From positions 9,736,001 through 9,800,000 of the forward strand of contig CM052817.1 in assembly GCA_028534125.1 (NCBI GenBank): 64,000 nt of DNA, read 5' to 3'. The notes under the pieces were generated by a model that saw nothing but the letters and a program-made list of their open reading frames with translations, was not told where the DNA came from and searched no databases. Shown here in pieces: positions 39,071 through 50,800 of this stretch. The first letter of the stretch is position 1; each line of letters opens with the position of its first letter. This DNA comes from Lama glama. Taxonomy: Eukaryota. The position numbers and the translations under genes are program-made.

Positions 39071-40208
39071 CAAGCTTTAAAGCAGTGATCAGCATTTACA
39101 TTATTATGACTTGTGAATATGATTCATGGCTGGCTTAGAGTATTCCATGGTTACATTTTTTTTCTTGTAAACTTCCTGCTTAACTTAGAGATAATAATTG
39201 TCTTCCTCTCCCTGCCCTCCAGCTTATTTCTTTGATTGGTATTCTACCTACATTTATGATTATGGTCAAATTCTCTACAAGACATATAAATCTCTCAATG
39301 CATTCAAAAGCATCAATCAATACTTCAGGTGATATGGGTGTGACATCTTTCACTCTCTTTTTTATTTCTTGGAAACATCCTTTCTAGAGCTGTCAGCACA
39401 ATGAATGAAAACTACTCACCCTTATGTTCATCTCTGAAATTTCATACTCTTGAGGTTTGTCCTAAAAACTTCCAGAGAGAAGAAACAGGTCAAATAAACA
39501 GGATCACAAAAATGGCTTTAGATTTTTCAACAGTATCATAGAAATCAGAAAACAATGGAGCACTGCCTTCAAATTTTTGAGAGAAAATGATTTTCAACTT
39601 AAAATTCTCTCCAACCAAACTCTCAATCGAATGTCAGGGTAGAATAATGATGTTTTGTGTTATTATGTAAGTCTCAAAAAATTTAGCCCCTATGGCATCT
39701 TCTCAAGAAGATATTGGAAGATGTGCTCCATAAAACAAGAAAGAGGAAGACATGGAATCTAGGAAACAGGGCATCAGCCCAGGGGAGACAAGAAGGGGCA
39801 TTTTCCTGGGCTCCTGCAAGACAGCTATGCAACAAGTCAAGAGAGCAGTAAGCTCAGACTGTGACAGTAAATTGGACACAAAAGAGTGTTTCCAAGAAAC
39901 CAAAAAAAGAGAGAGAGGAATCACACACACCACACCTCCTGAAATATTGACTGATGCTTTAAATGCACTGAGAGATTTATATGTCTTGCAGAGAATTTGA
40001 CCATAATTATAAGTGTACATATAATCCCAAGCAAACAAACAAATAAGCCAGGGATGGAGGTGAGGGAAAGGGAGAAAATTGTTACCTCTAAGGTAAGCCC
40101 GAAATTCACAAGGAAGGAAACATAATCACAGAATACTCTAAGCTCAGCCATGAATAATATGCACAAGTCATAATAATGTAAATGCTGATTATTGATTTAA
40201 AGCTTTTG
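39071..40208. repeat. inverted repeat (arms 39071-39377 and 39887-40208) in a HAL1/L1ME ORF1-like element
   Basis: cagcatttacattattatgacttgtg (left arm) is the reverse complement of cacaagtcataataatgtaaatgctg (right arm); matches continue to ttcttggaaaca/tgtttccaagaa. Confidence 0.85.
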
Positions 40209-40341
40209 ATAAAACCACTTGGGCAACAAAGAATACAGAATGATGTCTTTTGAGGATGTGTGGGGTTAAAGAAAAAGTTTTCTTTTCCATAGTGGGAAGT
40301 CAAATAATATTATCCAAGATGCAAACATCAAGAAACAGCAT

Positions 40342-40773
40342 ATATTTTTGTATATGGTGTAAGGGAGTGTTCTAGCTTCATTGTTTTACATGCTGCTGTC
40401 CAGTATTCCCAACGCCATTTGCTGAAGAGCCTGTCTTTATTCCATTGTATATTCTTGCCTCCTTTGTTGAAGACGAGTTGACCAAAAGTTTGTGGGTTCA
40501 TTTCTGGGCTCTCTATTCTGTTCCATTGGTCTATATGTCTGTTTTGGTACCAAAACCATGCTGTCTTGATGACCGTAGCTCTATAGTATTGTCTGAAGTC
40601 TGGGAGAGTTATTCCTCCAGCCTCTTTCTTTCTCTTCAGTAATGCTTTGGCAATTCTAGGTCTTTGATGGTTCCATATAAATTTTATTATGATTTGTTCT
40701 AGTTCTGTGAAATATGTCCTGGGTAATTGGATAGGGATTGCATTAAATCTGTAGATTGCCTTGGGCAGTGTGA
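40342..40773 (-). mobile_element. young LINE-1 ORF2 fragment running into the gap
   Basis: Well-preserved antisense ORF2 (ttgtatatggtgtaagg ... gattgcattaaatctgtagattgccttggg). Confidence 0.85.
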
Positions 40774-41273
40774 NNNNNNNNNNNNNNNNNNNNNNNNNNN
40801 NNNNNNNNNNNNNNNNNNNNNNNNNNNNNNNNNNNNNNNNNNNNNNNNNNNNNNNNNNNNNNNNNNNNNNNNNNNNNNNNNNNNNNNNNNNNNNNNNNNN
40901 NNNNNNNNNNNNNNNNNNNNNNNNNNNNNNNNNNNNNNNNNNNNNNNNNNNNNNNNNNNNNNNNNNNNNNNNNNNNNNNNNNNNNNNNNNNNNNNNNNNN
41001 NNNNNNNNNNNNNNNNNNNNNNNNNNNNNNNNNNNNNNNNNNNNNNNNNNNNNNNNNNNNNNNNNNNNNNNNNNNNNNNNNNNNNNNNNNNNNNNNNNNN
41101 NNNNNNNNNNNNNNNNNNNNNNNNNNNNNNNNNNNNNNNNNNNNNNNNNNNNNNNNNNNNNNNNNNNNNNNNNNNNNNNNNNNNNNNNNNNNNNNNNNNN
41201 NNNNNNNNNNNNNNNNNNNNNNNNNNNNNNNNNNNNNNNNNNNNNNNNNNNNNNNNNNNNNNNNNNNNNNNNN
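40774..41273. other. assembly gap (500 N), probably hiding BST1 exons 1-5
   Basis: Run of N; BST1 exon 6 starts 140 nt after it. Confidence 0.9.
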
Positions 41274-41412
41274 ATGAATGCAGGAATGCAATATAAAAAT
41301 GAAAGTTAAAAAGTAACCCTCAAAAGATTTAAAATGTAAATCAACTAACAATGTGATGGGAACAGTGTCATATTGCTTTAAGACTTTAGGTAATGTCTTT
41401 CCTGTTTCTCAG

Positions 41413-41505
41413 TTTTTTTGCAGATTTTGAAATTCCCCACTTACAGAAGGACAAAATCACACGAATTGAGATCTGGGTCATGCATAACATCGGGGGACCC
41501 ATCGT
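41413..41505 (+). CDS. BST1: BST1 (CD157, ADP-ribosyl cyclase 2) exon 6
   Basis: ctcag|T TTT TTT GCA ... = FFADFEIPHLQKDKITRIEIWVMHNIGGPIV|gtaag; 93 nt; retains the Glu equivalent to catalytic E226 of CD38. Confidence 0.95.
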
Positions 41506-43739
41506 GTAAGTTACGGTGCTACTGGCGATGGTCATTGTGCAAACATGCTTTTCTTGGAAGTGATATGATCAAGTCTCATTTACATGTTCATTTCGAGGGG
41601 AACAATGGTCGCCTATGCTTCTAATTTGGTGGGCAGAGAAAGGCAAAGGCTTGGCTGTCTGGAAATGCCACTAGCCAGTCCTGAGCCCAGAGGAAAGCTC
41701 CTTTATCCAGATAGTCCTCTCAGCCTTTCTGAGCGACCTGGGCAGCCCTGGAGAGGAGAGGTCCTTATGCATCTGTGTGGGTCAAAGCCAGTTTCTCTGC
41801 CTGCTCATTTGAAGCTCCAAAACCTCACCAGGAGTTCTCAGAATTGACTCATGGGCTGTGTAATGAAGCGGTTCTCCTCAGAGAGCAACCAGTTTCACAA
41901 CTGGGTCTCAGATAGCTGGCCGAGGAAACTTTTACAATCTGTGATTTTTCTGGGTAACCACTAACTTAAGTGGTTCTAAACATGCAAGCTTAAACTCATC
42001 CTTCTCATCAACAAAGGGCACTGCTGGCAAAACTAAAGCTAAAAAACTTAAATCCATCTGGTTCAGAGACAAGCCATCGAGGTCAAGGCTGGTTAAAGCT
42101 GTGCAGCCATGATGGTGCTTCAGAGGTGCTGGGGCCTCGTTCCTCAGAGCACTGAAGCTCGGTGGAGGACAGTATTGGGTAGATGTGTTATTAAAAGCAT
42201 GTTCTGGGAGGATCTTAGCAAATTCCCCATTTCAGACCCCCAGGACTCCGTAAGACTCACCGTATAATGAGTGATATTTTTTCCAGTCTCTTGGGTAATA
42301 GATTAAATTTGCAAACGACTTATTACATAATCATACCAGAATCTGCTTTTCTCTTCCCATATGTATTGTTGCGTGAAGAACAATGTGCATTATTTTTCTT
42401 GTTTCTGGGAGAGGTTTCTTTTCATCTAGAAATTATGCTTGCCTGCTGTTCTAATGTATCTGTCAGAGGAAGCTTGTCCTCTGAGTCTACTTTTAATGAG
42501 ATAAGGACATTGCAATTCCGTGTCATCTCAGCCCATCTTTCTGTGGCAGGAGAGATGATAAAAGAGGCCAGAACCCCAAGTTGTACACATTTGGGCCATA
42601 GGATGGAGATGTGGGTCATGAACTAAGAAAGTGGGTGTCCTAAACTGCTCAGATTTTAGGAGAAAAAATCATGGACAGAGAGCTAAAAACAATGCAGGTA
42701 ATAACTGTGTTTAGTGCTGCCTCGGCTGCCTTTATTTTAAAACAAAACAAAACAAAAAAGCAGAATAACTCATTGACTGAACACTGTGTCTAGGTGTCTT
42801 AAAACCTCCATGTCTCTGCTCACCAAAAAAATTCAGTAGTGAGCTTGGCCAGGAGAAGGGCATCGTCCCAGATTTGGCAAGGTTCCCAAACCCCCAAACA
42901 TGATGTCACTCAACACCTTGCCCTCTTCATTCCTGTAATGCCTGGAATTCCACTTTTGTGAAAACCTCCTCCAATGGCTCATTTTCCCCGTACACGCCCT
43001 GTTAATTTTACAGTGGGGGGGCTGTTTACCTCCCCAGTCCAGGGAAACTGAGCCTGGGCCTTGCCTGTGATCTGAATCCATGCCTGCTCTCCCCAGCAGG
43101 CAGCGTTGTATCCACCTCTGTTTGTCTTGATAAATCTCCCTGCTTCATTATGACCATCAGGAGGGTGATCATGATGACAATGTGGGGAGAGGAACATCTT
43201 CTGCTCTGTTGGGGGTGGTCAGCATGGGGTTCAGCTTGACTGGGCTTATTAAGAGCCTTAAAATGCATTCAGAACCTTGGTGCCAGAAAACCTACTTGTA
43301 GGAATTTAATGCCAAGGAAACAATTAAGCATGGGGATGAAAATGAAGCTTCAACAAAGTTTGCTGTCGTGTCAATGACGTTGAAATGTAGGAATGAACCT
43401 TGGTCTTTAACAAGAGGGGCTGCTTTTATGAATTATGTTCCGATTGTGTAAAGGAGACCAGGCAGGAATTAAAAATAATGGCAGAGAGGTATATATCTAT
43501 ATACACAGACATGGGCAAACACAAATTACAAAAGGCGCCAGACAGCAGAACAGCATTGTTATATTTTAAAAATCTCATGGGAATAAATGTATTTAAAAAG
43601 TCGAGAATGATGTCCACCAAAATGTTAGCAGCAGTCATCTCTAGTGGTGTGCGAATTGGGGCTTTCCCCCCTTTTGTTCATATGCATTTTCTAATATTTT
43701 TTTGGTTTGCATGTTTCTGTTTCCATTTAAAGCTTAACT

Positions 43740-44050
43740 TAATAACACCGTGGGCTAAACCAGCTGGCAGGCAGCACCGGGCGGTCGGCCCACAGCACGG
43801 GGCTGTGGTGAGGGGTGGGGCTGTGATGCGCCGTGTGGCGCACCGCGCATGCGCCGGCTCAGACCCTCCCAGTGCGTGACTCGCAAACCTGGGACGGGTT
43901 TGAAGGCCCAGAGCATCCCCTCCTGGGGAGCCGAGCGTTGACTGCTGGCGGCGCGTTTGAGTCTAAAGAACTTCCCGCGTAGTTCTCCGGAGAAGAGACT
44001 ATCTCTGGAGCACACAAAGTAATTTTCGCTTAACGCAGAAACAGCTTCCT
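43740..44050. promoter_or_regulatory. small intronic CpG-rich element with an NRF1 palindrome
   Basis: Local CpG enrichment; gcgcatgcgc at 43845-43854; ggggtgggg box near 43812. Confidence 0.5.
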
Positions 44051-44103
44051 CCATCCGCTTCTCCTTTTGTTTTATTTTTTATATTTATGTTTCTGTGTTT
44101 CAG

Positions 44104-44190
44104 AGAATCCTGTGGAGAAGGCAGTGTGAAAATCCTGGAGGAGAGACTGGAGAGACTGGGTTTTCAGTACAGCTGTATCAATGATTACCA
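44104..44190 (+). CDS. BST1: BST1 exon 7
   Basis: tttcag|A GAA TCC TGT ... = ESCGEGSVKILEERLERLGFQYSCINDY|gtagg; 87 nt, in phase with exons 6 and 8. Confidence 0.95.
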
Positions 44191-47016
44191 GTAGGTGGCA
44201 TATTACAATCTGCGCATATATTCAAAGCAGGGGCGGTGATTTTGGAGGGCAGAGGGCAGTTGAAAGGGTTTTTCAGGGATCAGCTCCAAAGGCCTTGAAC
44301 TGTGCCTTTTGGGTAGTCACTGGGTTTGGAGACCAGGAGTGCCTTCTGGCTGGAGTTCTGCCTGGCGCCCACCCACTTCTGTCCAGAGTCTTAGGGGACA
44401 GACAGCAGCTGTTTGTCATTTGTGTATGTCTAGTTTCCTCCTTGCTTGCTTACAGCTTGGTGAGTCACCTGAGAACGGAGACTGTGGTTCCAGTATCTTT
44501 GGATGCTACACTGTCCACCATAGGTGCTAAGGTGGAGTTTGAGAGACAGACAGATGCATCGTGCCTGTGGACCCATAGGAAAATCGTCACAGCTGCCATT
44601 TAAAGAGCACGTTATGGGCCAGGCACTTTATGTACTTACAATCAGATATTGTCTGAAGGCGTTCCTGATTCTTGGGAATGTAAATAAGTTTGGCTCAAAC
44701 CCTGGGACAGCTCAAAGCCCTCCCCAGGGCTGGGAATCCCTCGCCTAGCGGCTACCTGCTTCTCTCTGTGTCGGCCCCTAAGTCTGCAGGCCTCTTTACT
44801 CCCTCGGGGTCTGGAGTCCAGCCCGGCAAGGACTTCCATTTGTGGATGTGGCCTGGTGCAAGTTACATCTGCAGTCTTGTCCAGCACCTGTGACCGTCCC
44901 ACAGGCTCTGCTGCCTTCTGCCTTCTCAAAAGTTCCAGGATCCTGATAACCCTCCCACCTGAGCAAAGCCCCGAAGTGTGGGTCTCCCCTACTCAGGCCT
45001 CCCCAGGAGAACCAGCCCCTCAGAGCTGTTCTCTTTTTCCACAGCTTGAAGCTGTACCATTTCACTCATCTTTTCCTGCTAATGCTCTCAGGACACTCTA
45101 GGTGTTGTTATCACCCTCTTAAAAACAAAGCAAAGCACATTTTCTTGTTTGGAAATATAACCTATGTACACAGAAGTGCAGAAACCATAAGTGTACAGTT
45201 GAGTGACACAGGTGCAGCACACACCCATGCCCAGCGTGCAGATCAAGAAACGGCACAACCAGCAACCTGGTCTCCCCTGGCCTCTCTTTCAGGCTCCCCG
45301 CCTTACACACTCTCCAGATGTGTAGGATCATAGTTTCATTTTGTCTGTTTTTAAGATTTATATAAACTTCCCCTTTTTTATGGTTGGATAAATTAAGGGT
45401 CAGAGAGGTTAAGCAAGTTTCCCAAGGTCACCAGCCAGTGACAGAGCTGAGTTTTGAACCCAGCATTGGGTGGCCCCGAAACTTGCTCTTTTCTTTCTCC
45501 TACAGGACTCTTCTTTTCTTAATCCAAGCACCAGATTTTAGTAAATTAGATAAAAGGTAGTTCTTATTCGAAAACAGCTCAGTGATAGAGAAAATTGTGG
45601 CTGTAAGTTATGACCACAGTTATGATTGATTTGCTTTGGCCCAGGAACTCCCCCAAGGAGGCTGTGTTTTTATAAGGTGTCAGGCCAAGTGTGGGGCCCA
45701 GCCAGAGCCCAGGGTCTCCTTCCCGGCTCACAACTGTCCTCAGGGTCTCAGCCTGCTTTTCTGGCTCTGGTTGCCTCCACCAAAGCTGGCCTCAGGGCGC
45801 CTCCCTCACACGCCCAGCTCAGTCCTCCGGTACCGTTTCTGTGCTGCCCGTGGGCTCTCTCTGTGTTCAGGTGGGCTTCTGTGTTGCTCTGGATCCCAGA
45901 AGAGGTGACAACAGGCTTACACGGGAGAGCCACAAAGGGTGACAAATCCAGCTAAGAGCTGGATGTGAGTGAGAACCCTCTGCCTCTCAAAATCCAGGTG
46001 ACACTGACCTCTGTCCTGTGGCAGTCAAAAGTTCTCCCCACGATTCATGCACATTTTGGCGAGGTCTTTTTTCCAGAGCCTCTCTTGTCTCCTGGTTGCT
46101 TTCTGCTTAGCGCTGTGTTGAAGCAGACTCAGTGAAACTCTGGGTTTTTTTTTTTTTTTTTGAGGTGGGGGGACATAACAAAGCAATAACAAACTGCTCT
46201 ACTAAAAAAAAACAAAAGCAAAAAAACTGAGTAGCGTAGGCTAGACTGAAAAGTAGGCAGGCGAGTCCCAGGAAGGTGTCACGATAACAAGCCATAGACC
46301 ATACAGCGTGTTTCCTGTTCTTCCAAAGTCCCCTCCGGTCGCCCTGCCACCAGACACCGACCTGGCCCCTGTCTTCACTGCTGCTTTCCCTTCTCTCCTG
46401 GCTGCCTGGAACCCCACAGCTTCTTGCTCTACTGTGCAGATCAACTTAGCTTTCTCTGCTAAAGCGTGGCCACCAGCCATCACTCATGTGCCAACGTCCA
46501 ACCTTCTGCCCAAAGTTCTTATCAAGAGGTTTTTCCAAGCAAAATCCTACATCTTTACAGAAGTGGTCCCACGCTTGGGCTCTGGCATGGAGGTTCAAGT
46601 TCAGCTCCCCGGCTTGCTACTGCGAGGACTTGGGCTGGTCCTTCAGGGCAGCTTTCTCAGCTGTACGTTGGAGACACAGTAGTCCCTGCTCCATCTGGTG
46701 GTTGTGGAGGTTGAATGCCATAATCTGTGTAAAATACCTAATTAGATTTCTTGGTACATAGTAAGTGCTCAGTAAATGCTGGGTAATATTTTGGGGGAAA
46801 AAACCAAAACTGTGTGTTCTTTGAGGTCGGAAACTTTGTATCCGCAGTACCTTCCAGGCACTCTGTAAATGTTTTATGAATGGAAGTCATTTAAATAATC
46901 TCTTAAACATTACTTACTTTCCTTTTTTTATTGAAGTATAGCCTGTTTACAGTGTTGTGTTAATGTCTGGTGTAAATCATAGTGATTCAGATGTATGTAT
47001 GTGTATGTGTTTCTAG

Positions 47017-47076
47017 ATCAGTGAAGCTGTTACAGTGCGTGGATTACAGCACTCACCCGGACTGTGCCTTAAATTC
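47017..47076 (+). CDS. BST1: BST1 exon 8
   Basis: ttctag|A TCA GTG ... = SVKLLQCVDYSTHPDCALN(S)|gtaagt; 60 nt. Confidence 0.95.
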
Positions 47077-47379
47077 GTAAGTAAATGTCTTAACCCAGCT
47101 TCCCTGCTTCCCTAAGGTAACCAGTCCTTACTATTTACAGAACACTGGTGAATTGCAATATGATTTTGCGCCCACCCTCTAAAATGCCCAGCTGCAGAGC
47201 CAGGTTGGTACTTCTGCACTGCACTTCCCTCTGGCTCTGAGCTGCTAGGTTGGCACAGATGTGCTGAACAGCTGTGCAACTAAGCTGAACCCCTGCCTGT
47301 ACTGCAGAGCAGAGGCTGCACTAGCTTCAGCACAGAGTCTGGGAGTGGAGCAGCAAGAGGACCTTCGAACATTGATTTC

Positions 47380-47836
47380 TGTTGACCTTAAAACTAAGTT
47401 AATTTTACTAGCAAAAATGGGTTTATTTGGGAAGAGCAGAGGAATTGCACTTCGAGACAAGCAAGCTATAGCAAAAACCATAGGCAAGTCCAACAGACGA
47501 AGGGGAGGAACGTTATTTTATAGAGAAAAAGGAGGAGGTTGGAAAGGGGTGTTTTGAATGAAAGTCCTTCAGAGAAAAGTGGGAGTTCAGGGCAACGACG
47601 ACGGTTTCTCATTGCCTGAGTTGCTGGGGTGGTCAGTTTCTCAGGGAAGATGCCACATACATGTCTCCTGCTGTGACCTGTAACAGATGATTCATTCCTG
47701 TTGATGCTTCTTCCGCTGGGGTCTGTAAGGACCCAGTTCTTCCTGTAACTGAAGTGAGTGGTCCTGCGTGAGGGCTCCCCCTTCTGGCCTCCTGACTCCA
47801 TTTTAGTGGTGAGGTTTCCTTTGACCAATTTTCACA
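47380..47836 (-). mobile_element. ERV1-like solo LTR in BST1 intron 8
   Basis: TG...CA termini with 4-bp TSD tttc; related to the element at 58848-59326. Confidence 0.75.
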
Positions 47837-50800
47837 TTTCTTAATCTTAATATATTTTTAAGTCATGTTAACGTTTTTGAAAAGGTAGTACATGGACATG
47901 GGGTGAAATTCAAAGTTATAAAAGGGTAGAGAAAGTGAAAAAAATCTTTCTTCCTCTATTTCTAGTCACCCTATTTCCTTACCCAGAGACAACCACGATT
48001 TCTAGTTTCTTGTGTATCCTTCTAGAATATTCTGTGTCTGTTACAGCACACACACACACACACACAGAGGCATATTTCTCTTATACCATTCGTATAAGTG
48101 GTAGTATGCATAGGATTCTGCAACGTGCTTTTTTCACATAATGGTGTTTTGGTGCTGTGTCTCTGGAATTCTGTTATAGGTACATATCATGATTTATTTA
48201 ACCCATTGCCCATAGGTGGACATTTGGATTGTTTCCAGTATTCAGCTATCATCAACAGTGAATGAGATGATTTCTTTTCCCTCTACTCCCATTTCCTCAA
48301 AGTAATTTCTTTCAGCATTCTGGTCCATCTCCTCCCATATGTCCTCAGTGCACTCACAGACACAGGTGTAAGTTTGTTCATCCATTTATTTTTGGTTTGG
48401 TCTTATTTTCATTTATCCCTTTGCCTTTGTTTTTGTACAAAAAGCAGTCACTGTAGACAGACTCTTCTGCTGTGGGCTTTTTTCACTGAGCAGTATAAGG
48501 ATGTCATCCTTCTCAGTCTGTTCACACTTTCTGACTCGGTCTCTTCGTGGCTGCGGAGTATGCCGTAGGAGAGCCACTCGCCATTTATTTAACCGTTTTC
48601 CAGCCGCAGGCTGACTTAGCTGTAGGTTGTGGTTGCAGTTGTTTTGTTATTATAGACAATGCTGAACTGCAGTCCTTGATTCCATTCCTTGAGCCCTTGT
48701 GCAAGGATTTGTGCGGGATGGATTACCAGAAGGGGAGTTGCTGGGTCAGAGGATGTGTGTAGTTTGAGTCTTGATATGTCTCAGAAAGGCTGCCCCCTGG
48801 ATGCACTCCCGCCAGTGGTGTGGGCTGGGGGCTCCCTCCGTCCCTCGTGCAGCCACCCTGGGCACTGTCTGCAGCTGTATCTGAATCTGCATCTGTGCCT
48901 GAGCTTGCATCTGTATCTGTGCCTAATTTTAGTCAGTCTTATGGATAAAACATGATGCTTTATTGTTCTTTTGATTTGTATTGGCAGGAAGATCTCTGAT
49001 GCCGCTGCCTGAGTTCTCGTCCCTTCCTGTCCTATCTGCTAAAATTGTATGTACCCTTGAGGGCCCAGTGCCTCTTGTCCCTTCGTCTGCAAGGCTTTCC
49101 TGATTCCACAGGCGGATCTAAGAGCCCCCTGTTCTGTGCTCCGTGGACTTTGTCCACAGCCTGACTGTAGTGCGCCCCTCTTCCCAGCCACGTTGCAACT
49201 CATTCGTCACCATCTGTCTCCAACATTCGACTCGGCAGTTGCATCAGTCTCCTCTTTACTTGTTTCATCGCAGTGGCACGTAGGTGGCGCTCCATAAATG
49301 TCTGTGGGAGAGAGAGCGAGAGGGAGGGGCTGCTCATCGACCCCGCCTAGTTTTGCTTCCCTTCTTCATTTAGTGATAGAAACCTTGAGTGTTAGTTGGG
49401 CTCATGGCTGCCAAGAATAGCCAGAGTGCTCCCTCACCTCCCTTTCCTCTGTGGCTGAGTGATGTGTGTGACTTGAAAGGGAGGCACGTTCGTTCCCTCT
49501 CCTGTCGGCTGTTGTCAGGTGAACCACCCTCACTGGGCATGACAGGGCGACACCACAAGGGGAGCTGTGTGCCCCCTGCCCTGGAGCCACCAGCTCAGCC
49601 CAGACAGTTACTGAGAGAGAAATAAGCACGTCTTGTCTAGACCACTGGGACTTGGGCTCTTTACGACAGCAACCAGACCTGTGTCTGCACTTCAGAGGTG
49701 AAGAAACTGGTCCAGAGAAACTGATAGAGGCCTTGCCCAAGACCTCCCGGCCTGTGAGGGGGTCTGAAGCGAGTCTGTGAGGTTTCCAGAGACCACAGCG
49801 GCCACCGTTAAGGCTCTTCTGACTGGAAATTAAGACGGCAGAGCCACCGTCACTGGGCTGTGTCTCAGGTGGCTGGCGAGGTTCAGTCCTCTCTCATGCT
49901 CTGTACTTCACTCCCTGTGAATTAGGCAAGCGTTGTTTGTTTGTTCGCTTGTTTGTTTTGAGTCTTCTCACAGAAAATGAAGTAAGTCTATGGACCTGGG
50001 CCTTTACTTTTCTCACCTGAAAAATCAAACCCACCCTCCTGTCCCTGCTGCTCAGAACCCTTCAAATTCCCGGCTACCACGTCCAAACTTCCGGCCTGGC
50101 CTTCTGGGTTTTTCATCCTCCTTCTAAACACACCACCCACTGCACCCCACCAGGAACTTTCACTTCAGGCCAGCTTTGATCCGCTTCCCTGAAGACACCC
50201 TGTGCTTTCCTGCCCACAGTCCTGTGGACCCTGACCCTTTGCCAAGTTCTTCTCCACTTTCATTGCCCTGGAGGGAATTTTACTAATCTCTTTTTAACAA
50301 CTTAGCAAAGAATACTGGTAGATAATTTACAAAAGACGGACCACCAGTGGCAAATATAGAACATTGTTTCACTGCTCTAATAAGAGTGACATACAAATTG
50401 AATAAGGTGCGATTTCCACCTCAACTTCTTTGACATACCGCAGCAAAAAAAATAGCTGAAAAAGATTTTAAAGATGTTCGTCAATGCTTGCTGGCATGGT
50501 AAACTGGTAAAATGCTTTGAGAGAACACTTTGACAACATGTACCAAGGATTATAAAATTATTCGTAATCTTTGATCTAAGTCAGACCCCAGGGTACTCCT
50601 GGTACCCTATTCTAAAGAAATGATTTAAAATGTAGATGCAGTCTACATGGTCACAGGTGTTTCCCCAAAGTGTTCTTTTTGGCATTGAATCAGAATTGCA
50701 GACATTGGGAGCTGGACCTAAATACTCAAGGACAACTAAATGGATACATGGAAGGGTTACGCTTACGACATGGGATAGAGTGGAGCCGCTAAAAACAATG

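Noticed and set aside
40727..41351. 182-202 aa ORFs in the ORF track
   Set aside because: Artefacts of the second N gap.
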